IMG/VR virus record: IMGVR_UViG_3300020151_001234
Coordinates: 1-29,326 of that record
Source: a virus
Taxonomy: Duplodnaviria; Caudoviricetes
DNA: 29,326 nt
Direction: 5' to 3' (one strand)
Shown piece after piece: positions 1 to 6,705 of the stretch. The translations under genes and the position numbers were made by a program. The stretch's first letter is position 1; every line of letters begins with the position of its first letter. The notes under the pieces are model-generated. The model had not been told where the DNA came from, did not search any database, and saw only the letters and a program-made list of their open reading frames with translations.

Positions 1-1
1 A

Positions 2-211
2 GGTACTTTAGATTCTTTATCAAATGGAGTGACTGGATATTATTACGATCTCGATGATTGTAATGAAGTGGATAAATATCTCTTAGACACTCCTACCTTA
101 ATGAATGTCAAGGAACTTCATGGCATTCAAATTTTAAATTATAATTTACCACGAGTTTTACTCTCGATGAGGTTATCAAATGAAGAGGAAGTTTATCAAA
201 AATATTTTTAA
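2..211 (+). CDS. 5'-truncated ORF, C-terminus of a cupin/2OG-Fe(II) oxygenase-like protein
   Basis: The frame is open from base 2 (GTLDSLSNGVTGYYY...), so GTG at 29 is probably internal. PTLMNVKELHGI...PRVLLSMR resembles the distal His plus RxxLS strand of double-stranded beta-helix proteins. Confidence 0.45.
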   Translation, partial: GTLDSLSNGVTGYYYDLDDCNEVDKYLLDTPTLMNVKELHGIQILNYNLPRVLLSMRLSNEEEVYQKYF

Positions 212-217
212 CTAAAA

Positions 218-1339
218 ATGGAAATCAAAACACTATCTTCTTTTCCAGGATGTCCGTTTAACGATACATTTGAAACTTTTTTTGATACCTATAATCTCGA
301 AGAAGATATAGAGTGTTACCAGTTATTATCTTGTCCTTATGGAACTGGAACATCATTTAATGATTTGTATCAGATCGAATTTAAAACTAAGGTTGTAGTT
401 TTAAATGTCATTGATTTGATGATCGATTCGTATGATAATCTTGCAATCGATGAACTAAAAGAATTTTGCGAAAAACATCCGGAGCAAAATTTTATAATTT
501 TTAGTATGCATTTAAATTTAAGACAACAACTGAAACTTCCTAATCTGTATTTGGATACAATCATACCTACAAGTTATACGGAAAGATTGCAACATTGCGA
601 AAAGAAAGAAATTAAAAATAATTGGTTATCATTAAACTCAGATACTAAAGTACATCGAGTGATGACTGTATGTTACTTGTTATCTAAGGATTATCACCGT
701 AAAGGTTACATTACCTTTAATATGGCTGCACCAACACTAGTAACATATGATCGATACAAGAACATCACAAAAATACCAACCGATGAACTAAAAAATGATT
801 TTGCAAAAGGATATGAAAAATTTAGATCTGAAAAATTTAATCATTTAAAGATACGCAATTTTGATTATACTGATGATAGAGTCGCAAACAATTATAATGT
901 GAATCTATTACCTGTTTACGAAAGAATTGCTCTTGAAATCATAACTGGAACAATGTTCTTTGAATCAACTCCAGCTTTAAGTGAGAAAGAAGTTCAATCG
1001 ATATATGCAAAAAATTTCCCAATCTATATTAATGGCCCTGGAATTGTTAGAGAAATTAAAGAATTCTTGCAAATAGATACATTTGATGATATCATTGATC
1101 ATAGTTATGATGAAATTGAAGATCATTTTGAACGATTAGCAGCTGCAATTGATAGAAATCAACATCTATTAAATGGATCTACTAATATTCCAGAATTGTG
1201 GAATGATAATCGAGAAAGATTTGAAAACAATTGTAAAATCATGGATGATCTTCTTTATGATCGGGACAAACGAAAAATAATAGATCATCAAAAAATTAAA
1301 CAAGCTTTAAACCATTTTGGTATTTCAGTTACAAAATAA
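218..1339 (+). CDS. Putative glycosyltransferase, GT10 (fucosyltransferase)-like C-terminal domain, 373 aa
   Basis: Long ORF. YERIALEIITGT...LSEKEVQSIYAKNFPIYING...DTFDDIIDHSYD resembles the Y-x-F-x-L-x-x-E...(T/S)EK...P-x-Y-x-G nucleotide-sugar motif of GT10-like proteins. Confidence 0.5.
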   Translation: MEIKTLSSFPGCPFNDTFETFFDTYNLEEDIECYQLLSCPYGTGTSFNDLYQIEFKTKVVVLNVIDLMIDSYDNLAIDELKEFCEKHPEQNFIIFSMHLNLRQQLKLPNLYLDTIIPTSYTERLQHCEKKEIKNNWLSLNSDTKVHRVMTVCYLLSKDYHRKGYITFNMAAPTLVTYDRYKNITKIPTDELKNDFAKGYEKFRSEKFNHLKIRNFDYTDDRVANNYNVNLLPVYERIALEIITGTMFFESTPALSEKEVQSIYAKNFPIYINGPGIVREIKEFLQIDTFDDIIDHSYDEIEDHFERLAAAIDRNQHLLNGSTNIPELWNDNRERFENNCKIMDDLLYDRDKRKIIDHQKIKQALNHFGISVTK

Positions 1340-1341
1340 GA

Positions 1342-1370
1342 TTGCATTTATTTGAGTTTTCTTTTATAAT
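1342..1370 (+). promoter_or_regulatory. Sigma70-like promoter upstream of the acetyltransferase
   Basis: TTGCAT (1342-1347), 17 nt spacer, perfect TATAAT (1365-1370); intergenic, 21 nt before ATG 1392. Confidence 0.65.
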
Positions 1371-1391
1371 TGAATTACATCCGCATAACTT

Positions 1392-1991
1392 ATGATTATT
1401 GAAAACAATAAACCAATCAAGGTTATTGGTTACTCTGAATCTTCGATGGTCGAATCGGCCATGAATATTGTTCTTACAGAAACTCAAAATACGATAGATG
1501 TCATAACTCCAGAAGTATTTTTGAATCTTGAGAATAAATCTGATTATCAGTATCTTGTTGCATTTTGTATTGATACTAAATTGAGAAAAACAATATGTGA
1601 AGAAATTGATAATCTAGATTTAGATTGCATCACTTATGTGGATGATACCAGTGTAGTGAGTAATACTTCTACATTAGGTAAGGGAGTTGTCATAGGTCCT
1701 TTTAGTTCAACATTGTATGAAACTCATGTTGGAAATCATTGTTGGATTGAAAGTAATTGTCTTGTTGCACATCATGTTAATCTGGGTAGGGCTTGTGTCT
1801 TACATGCAGGAACTTTAATTGCAGGAAGAACTACCGTAGGTGAAAATTGTACATTTAAATTCAAGTCTTCTGTAATTGGTAAAATAACCATTGTAAATGA
1901 TGTTACGATTGGTGCATTGAGTAATGTGACAAAAGATATTACTAAACCTGGTCGATATGTTGGATCAATTGCAAGATACATCGGAGAATAA
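1392..1991 (+). CDS. Hexapeptide-repeat (left-handed beta-helix) sugar acetyltransferase, NeuD/PglD family
   Basis: Short N-terminal alpha/beta domain followed by hexapeptides (TLGKGVVIG, HVGNHCWIE, NLGRACVLH, TVGENCTFK, TIVNDVTIGALSNVTKDI) and a C-terminal YVGSIAR. A His in VAHH sits at the catalytic position. Confidence 0.85.
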   Translation: MIIENNKPIKVIGYSESSMVESAMNIVLTETQNTIDVITPEVFLNLENKSDYQYLVAFCIDTKLRKTICEEIDNLDLDCITYVDDTSVVSNTSTLGKGVVIGPFSSTLYETHVGNHCWIESNCLVAHHVNLGRACVLHAGTLIAGRTTVGENCTFKFKSSVIGKITIVNDVTIGALSNVTKDITKPGRYVGSIARYIGE

Positions 1992-2007
1992 TTAAAATTG
2001 ATATATA

Positions 2008-2184
2008 ATGTTTGAAATGGATACAGAAAAATATATGGAACTCAAGTTAGATTATCAAGAAAAAGATTTATTAATTGATTGTCTTCAACATCGATTGGAT
2101 ACTGATAAAATATTGGTTATCAATAATTCTCTTAAGAATGAAATTGAAGATTTATTGGCCAAAATTGAAGAAGATTGCATCTAA
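2008..2184 (+). CDS. Small acidic hypothetical protein, 58 aa (not in ORF track)
   Basis: Manual translation MFEMDTEKYMELKLDYQEKDLLIDCLQHRLDTDKILVINNSLKNEIEDLLAKIEEDCI*. It fills the intergenic gap; alternative starts are 2017 and 2035. Confidence 0.65.
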   Translation: MFEMDTEKYMELKLDYQEKDLLIDCLQHRLDTDKILVINNSLKNEIEDLLAKIEEDCI

Positions 2185-2193
2185 AATTTTCTT

Positions 2194-2200
2194 CTAAATA
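2194..2200 (+). promoter_or_regulatory. T4-like late promoter core CTAAATA
   Basis: Variant of the gp55-dependent TATAAATA consensus; intergenic, and the same core recurs before other genes in the window. Confidence 0.5.
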
Positions 2201-2212
2201 AACCAGAAACCA

Positions 2213-2241
2213 TTGCATGATTTGATTTGTAATGGTAGAAT
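2213..2241 (+). promoter_or_regulatory. Sigma70-like promoter with extended -10
   Basis: TTGCAT (2213-2218), 17 nt spacer, TAGAAT (2236-2241), with TG at 2233-2234; 23 nt before ATG 2265. Confidence 0.6.
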
Positions 2242-2264
2242 GATAACGTCGCAATTCTAATTTT

Positions 2265-3017
2265 ATGTCTAAAGGATTTACAATTAAAGCTACAGCACCA
2301 ACTCCTAAAAAGAGTGATGATGAATTTGATTTGGATGCCGCGAAGGAAATGATTCGTGGTAAGTCCATTGTTTTCTGTCTTCCTGGTAGGGGAGTTTCGT
2401 ATATTTACCTGAAGAACTTTGTTCAACTGTGCTTCGATCTTGTTCAGAACGGTGCAGCGATTCAAATTTCTCAAGATTATTCTTCTATGGTCAACTTTGC
2501 ACGTTGCAAAGTTCTTGGAGCAAACGTTCTGCGTGGTCCGAAACAGATTCCTTGGGATGGTAAACTCAAGTATGATTACCAACTTTGGATTGATAGTGAT
2601 ATCGTATTCAATACGGAACAGTTCTATCGTCTTGTTGCAATGGATAAAGAGATTGCAGCTGGTTGGTATATGACTGAAGATGGTCATACGACTTCTGTTG
2701 CTCACTGGTTGGAAGAAGATGACTTTAAGAACAATGGTGGAGTCATGAACCATGAGACCGGAGAGACCATGCAGAAGCGCCGTAAGCCCTTTACGGTAGA
2801 CTATACGGGGTTTGGTTGGGTTCTGATTAAGCACGGTGTCTTTGAGTCTCTAGAGTACCCCTGGTTCGCTCCTAAGATGCAAGTCTTTGACTCTGGAGAA
2901 GTTCAAGATATGTGTGGTGAAGACGTTTCGTTCTGTCTTGATGCAAAGGCAGCGGGTATGGAGATCTGGTGTGATCCTAAGATCCGTGTAGGACACGAGA
3001 AGACTCGTATTATTTGA
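2265..3017 (+). CDS. GT-A fold (GT2-like) glycosyltransferase, conserved cyanomyophage-type protein, 250 aa
   Basis: IVFCLPG first strand, NFAR, DYQLWIDSDI (DxD motif), TGFGWVLIK, GEDVSFC catalytic-base motif and a C-terminal VGHEK. Confidence 0.8.
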   Translation: MSKGFTIKATAPTPKKSDDEFDLDAAKEMIRGKSIVFCLPGRGVSYIYLKNFVQLCFDLVQNGAAIQISQDYSSMVNFARCKVLGANVLRGPKQIPWDGKLKYDYQLWIDSDIVFNTEQFYRLVAMDKEIAAGWYMTEDGHTTSVAHWLEEDDFKNNGGVMNHETGETMQKRRKPFTVDYTGFGWVLIKHGVFESLEYPWFAPKMQVFDSGEVQDMCGEDVSFCLDAKAAGMEIWCDPKIRVGHEKTRII

Positions 3018-3080
3018 TTTCTGGCGCGTTTGAAAGTCAATTTCGGCGCGCAAACAAAACCAATTATGAGGTATTAAAAA

Positions 3081-3233
3081 ATGGCAGTAAAAGCAAAAGG
3101 TGGTTTAAATAAAAGTATTGGTTATGCTCCTGGAAAACCTAAACTAACTCTTCAAGGGAAAGGTAACGGAACTAAATATGCTGCAACCAGCCGTAATAAG
3201 GCTCGGAAACCCTATAGGGGTCAGGGTAAATAA
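3081..3233 (+). CDS. Small Lys/Gly-rich basic protein, 50 aa (not in ORF track)
   Basis: GAGGT RBS at 3068-3072. MAVKAKGGLNKSIGYAPGKPKLTLQGKGNGTKYAATSRNKARKPYRGQGK*; I recall the YRGQG C-terminus from small conserved proteins of T4-like cyanophages. Confidence 0.85.
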   Translation: MAVKAKGGLNKSIGYAPGKPKLTLQGKGNGTKYAATSRNKARKPYRGQGK

Positions 3234-3268
3234 TCAAAACTCAAACAAAACAAATAAAGGCAAAAAGT

Positions 3269-3275
3269 CTAAATA
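3269..3275 (+). promoter_or_regulatory. T4-like late promoter core CTAAATA
   Basis: Intergenic, 24 nt before ATG 3300. Confidence 0.55.
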
Positions 3276-3299
3276 ATTTTAAATAGTAAATTTAAACAA

Positions 3300-3455
3300 A
3301 TGTCGGAAACAACACCAAAAGTAGGGCCAACTGCCGCAGATGCTCCAGAAGTAACACCAGAAACTTCTAAAGTTTTTGATTACGATGTAGCTTCAAATGC
3401 AAGAACAGTTGCACCATCCAAACCAAATCCCGCCTCACCACTCGCTGCAGGGTGA
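3300..3455 (+). CDS. Small Pro/Ala/Thr-rich protein, 51 aa (not in ORF track)
   Basis: MSETTPKVGPTAADAPEVTPETSKVFDYDVASNARTVAPSKPNPASPLAAG*. It follows a late promoter, and its stop is 1 nt before the next ATG (3457). Confidence 0.75.
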   Translation: MSETTPKVGPTAADAPEVTPETSKVFDYDVASNARTVAPSKPNPASPLAAG

Positions 3456-3456
3456 T

Positions 3457-3936
3457 ATGACTGAAAAAGAAGCATATATTCACAAATGGATACAAGAAGT
3501 ATCTCAAAATCGACCAGAGATGGGTGGATTTGCAGTTTGCCCATATGCTTCTAATTCAAAAACTTTAATTGTAGAGACTACCATTGATGACATTGTGCCT
3601 GAACCAGGTCATGATGTCATCATTTTTATTGTTGAGGACTTTTGGAGAGCAGATCAAGTTGCAAAATGGGTCTCACATTACAATGAAAAGTTTCAATATT
3701 ACAAATTTTTTGAAGATTTGTCTTCCAGAGACACATTTATTAGTGGTGTGAAGACAAATAATGAAAAATATAACTTAATTTTGTGTCAATCAAAGAAGAA
3801 ATTGAACAAAATTCGTAAAAAATTAATGGAAACTGATTATTATACTTATTGGACAGAAGAGTATCTCAAGGAGATTCTCGGAGATGACGCCAAATACTTA
3901 GAAAACTCAGTTGAAGGAGAAGAAAATGGACTTTAA
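3457..3936 (+). CDS. Hypothetical protein with CPYA motif (DUF1415-like N-terminus), 159 aa
   Basis: Start revised from 3397 to ATG 3457 because the upstream part overlaps ORF 3300-3455. Contains a W...VCPYA motif. Confidence 0.7.
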   Translation: MTEKEAYIHKWIQEVSQNRPEMGGFAVCPYASNSKTLIVETTIDDIVPEPGHDVIIFIVEDFWRADQVAKWVSHYNEKFQYYKFFEDLSSRDTFISGVKTNNEKYNLILCQSKKKLNKIRKKLMETDYYTYWTEEYLKEILGDDAKYLENSVEGEENGL

Positions 3937-4096
3937 TAACAAACCAGACACTCATAAAAAAGGAAGTGAAGGTGTTTCTGACAAATATCTCTATGATGTT
4001 GAGAAACAACTCTATGATGTAGCGATAAATTATATGCCTCACCTCAAACAAGCTTCGATAGAAGATGAAGTTAAGAAGTTAACCGACAATCTTTGA
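3926..4096 (+). CDS. Hypothetical protein, 56 aa
   Basis: AGGAG at 3915-3919 precedes ATG 3926, which is preferred to TTG 3911; overlaps the upstream gene by 11 nt. Confidence 0.65.
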   Translation: MDFNNKPDTHKKGSEGVSDKYLYDVEKQLYDVAINYMPHLKQASIEDEVKKLTDNL

Positions 4097-4101
4097 CATT
4101 T

Positions 4102-4147
4102 CGGGATAGCAACCCCGTAAAAAGTTCTGATTTTTAAATCAGGAGCT
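4102..4147 (+). promoter_or_regulatory. Tandem hairpins, the second covering the RBS of ORF 4152
   Basis: CGGG-ATAGCAAC-CCCG (4102-4117) and CTGATT-TTTA-AATCAG (4127-4142), extendable over AGGAG (4141-4145). Confidence 0.55.
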
Positions 4148-4151
4148 AAAA

Positions 4152-4391
4152 ATGTCAAATTTACCAGTAGATAGGAACTCAGATTATATGAAAGAAATGT
4201 GGGGAACCACAAAATTAGTTACAGATTATCATAAAACTTCCCAAAATAGAGTCATTCAAGAGGTCATGCATGATTATGCACCGACCCATGATCTCAAAAA
4301 ACAAACAGAGCTTCATGAAAAGATTCGTAATGATGAAGACTATGATGATTGGGGTTATGGCACTGAGCCAACATATGGCAAAAAATGGTAA
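4152..4391 (+). CDS. Conserved-type hypothetical phage protein upstream of gp25, 79 aa
   Basis: AGGAG RBS with 6 nt spacing; MWGT and HEKIRNDEDYDDW motifs. Confidence 0.8.
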   Translation: MSNLPVDRNSDYMKEMWGTTKLVTDYHKTSQNRVIQEVMHDYAPTHDLKKQTELHEKIRNDEDYDDWGYGTEPTYGKKW

Positions 4392-4409
4392 AAAGGTCTT
4401 ATACATATA

Positions 4410-4416
4410 ATAAATA
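4410..4416 (+). promoter_or_regulatory. T4-like late promoter ATAAATA for the baseplate operon
   Basis: Intergenic, 15 nt before the gp25 ATG. Confidence 0.7.
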
Positions 4417-4431
4417 CCCTTAGTTTGAGTA

Positions 4432-4830
4432 ATGACTAGGATTTCTCGCAAATTCAAGGATGTAAGTCTCTCGTTTGTGAGGAATCCTGTAACTAATGAT
4501 ATTTTGGCTATTAATGATGTTGACGCGATTAAAAAATCGGTTGTTAATCTGGTCAGAACCAGAAATGGTGAAAGATTTTTTAATTCACTGATCGGTTCTC
4601 AAGTTGAAAATTCTATGTTTGAGTTGCAATCTCCAGAGATTGCATATTCATTAGAACTAGATATAAGAACTTTATTGAAAAACTTCGAAAGAAGGATTTC
4701 TTTATCTTCAGTATTAGTTACATACCTTGAAGATTCTAATGATCTTAACGTTAGAATTGCATACACCATAATTGGACTTCCAGTTCCAACTCAAACTATA
4801 GATTTCGTACTGCAACCAACTAGAGTCTAA
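4432..4830 (+). CDS. gp25: Baseplate wedge subunit gp25
   Basis: FKDVSLSF..NPVTND, AIKKSVVNLVRTRNGERFFNSLIGS and FERRI match the gp25/GPW family; lies directly before gp6. Confidence 0.93.
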   Translation: MTRISRKFKDVSLSFVRNPVTNDILAINDVDAIKKSVVNLVRTRNGERFFNSLIGSQVENSMFELQSPEIAYSLELDIRTLLKNFERRISLSSVLVTYLEDSNDLNVRIAYTIIGLPVPTQTIDFVLQPTRV

Positions 4831-6704
4831 TGTCATTTAACCAATTTACAAATTTAGACTTCGGGGATCTTAGAACACAGATCAAAGATTATTTGCGTTC
4901 GAATCAAAATTTTACTGATTTTGATTTTGAAGGATCCAATTTTTCAGTATTAATCGATCTATTAGCATATAACAGTTATATAACTGCCTATAATTCGAAT
5001 ATGGCAGTTAATGAAATGTTTTTGGAGAGTGCAACTCTCAGAGAGAATGTAGTTTCGCTTGCTAGAAACATTGGTTATTTACCTAGATCTAGAAGATCTT
5101 CTAGAGCTACTGTTAGTTTTACTGTTGATATGAGTCAAACTGACGCCAAAACGGTAAAACTTTTAGCTGGACAAGTAGCTCTTGGAGCAGTATCAAACGG
5201 TAATTATATTTTTTCAGTTCCAGAAGATATTACAACTCCCGTTAATAGCGATGGAGTTGCGGTTTTTGAAAATTTACCAATTTATGAAGGGATCTTTTTA
5301 ACTAGTACATTTACTGTAGATACTTCCCAAACTAATCAGAGATTTATTCTACCTAATATTAATATTGATACAACCTCAATCAGGGTAAAGGTTACAAATC
5401 AAGTAACAGAGGTTTATTCTCCATATGATAACTTATTGGATGTTGGTAAAGAATCTAGAATATTTTTAATTCAAGAAGTTGATGATGCAAAATATGAAAT
5501 AAGATTTGGTGATAATATTGTAGGTAGAAAACCATCTAATGGAAGTAAAATAGAGATTACATATATTGTTACAAATGGATCTTCTGGTAATGGAGCAACT
5601 AACTTTACTTTTTCTGGTAGATTAAAGGATAATAATCTATTTGACATCACTACGGGCATTTCTCTATTAATAACTCAATCTAAATCAGAAAGTGGAGATG
5701 AGATTGAGTCAGTTGATTCAATTAAGTATTTTTCCCCAAAAGTATATGCTTCACAAAATCGCGCTGTAACTTCTAATGATTATAAGGCTTTAATCCCATA
5801 CATTTATCCAAACGTAGAATCGGTAAATGCTTATGGTGGAGATGAATTAGATCCACCACAATATGGAAAAGTTTTCATATCTATAAAACCAAGAAATGGA
5901 ACATTTTTGTCTGAAATTACTAAACAGACTATATTGAGCACCATTAAAAAATATTCAATAGCTGGAATTCTTCCAGAAATAATAGATCTTTCATATCTTT
6001 ATATTGAATTAGATACTTCGGTTTACTACAACGTAAATTTATTGAGTAATCCAGAGATAGTAAAGACAAAAGTAATTGATACTTTAACTTCATATTCAAA
6101 TTCTAAAGATGTTAACAGTTTTGGTGGTAGATTTAAATATAGTAAAGCTGTTGGATTAATTGATGATTGTGATAAGTCTGTAACTTCTAATATTACGAAA
6201 GTGAAAATGAGAAGAGATTTGACTCCAGAATTTAATACTCCTGCAACGTATGAACTTTGTTTCGGAAATCAAATACATACTAGGGATGGTGGATATTCTA
6301 TAAAATCTACTGGATTTCTTATTGATGGTGTATCCGATGTCCTTTACATGTCCGATTCCCAGTCAACTTCTGACAAAAAAACAGGAAATATATTTTTCTT
6401 TAAATTGGAAAATAATGTACCAGTAATTATCAAAAATAATGCTGGAACTGTTGATTATGTTAGAGGTGAAATTCGATTAGACGTTGTTAACATAATAACA
6501 ACAGTTTTAAATAATGGAGTTGTTGAAGTTCAAGCAGCTCCAGAGTCAAATGATATCATAGGTCTTCAGGACTTATATCTACAATTAGACGTTAAAAATT
6601 CTGTGGTAAATATTGTAGAAGATGTTGTTAGCTCTGGTGAAAATTCTTCTGCAACACAGTATGTAACTACATCCAGTTATCTAAACGGAAAATATACAAG
6701 ATAA
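4830..6704 (+). CDS. gp6: Baseplate wedge subunit gp6
   Basis: LDF..., FTDFDFEGSNFSVLIDLLAYN, FLESATLRENVVSLARNIGY, FGDNIVG, QNRAVTSNDY, YGKVFISIKP; TAATG overlap with gp25. Confidence 0.95.
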   Translation: MSFNQFTNLDFGDLRTQIKDYLRSNQNFTDFDFEGSNFSVLIDLLAYNSYITAYNSNMAVNEMFLESATLRENVVSLARNIGYLPRSRRSSRATVSFTVDMSQTDAKTVKLLAGQVALGAVSNGNYIFSVPEDITTPVNSDGVAVFENLPIYEGIFLTSTFTVDTSQTNQRFILPNINIDTTSIRVKVTNQVTEVYSPYDNLLDVGKESRIFLIQEVDDAKYEIRFGDNIVGRKPSNGSKIEITYIVTNGSSGNGATNFTFSGRLKDNNLFDITTGISLLITQSKSESGDEIESVDSIKYFSPKVYASQNRAVTSNDYKALIPYIYPNVESVNAYGGDELDPPQYGKVFISIKPRNGTFLSEITKQTILSTIKKYSIAGILPEIIDLSYLYIELDTSVYYNVNLLSNPEIVKTKVIDTLTSYSNSKDVNSFGGRFKYSKAVGLIDDCDKSVTSNITKVKMRRDLTPEFNTPATYELCFGNQIHTRDGGYSIKSTGFLIDGVSDVLYMSDSQSTSDKKTGNIFFFKLENNVPVIIKNNAGTVDYVRGEIRLDVVNIITTVLNNGVVEVQAAPESNDIIGLQDLYLQLDVKNSVVNIVEDVVSSGENSSATQYVTTSSYLNGKYTR

Positions 6705-6705
6705 A

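Noticed and set aside
2181-2834. 217-aa minus-strand ORF
   Set aside because: Antisense to the well-supported GT-A gene, no recognisable motifs, and explained by that gene's codon bias.
3066-3077. Mini-ORF ATG AGG TAT TAA as a leader peptide
   Set aside because: It arises from the GAGGT Shine-Dalgarno sequence itself; no further support.
3234-3299. CAAA-rich tract as a repeat array or stop-codon readthrough
   Set aside because: Low-complexity and irregular, with a second in-frame stop after 7 codons.
3397-3456. N-terminal extension MQEQLHHPNQIPPHH... of the ORF-track call
   Set aside because: It is an alternative-frame reading of ORF 3300-3455; ATG 3457 is the better start.
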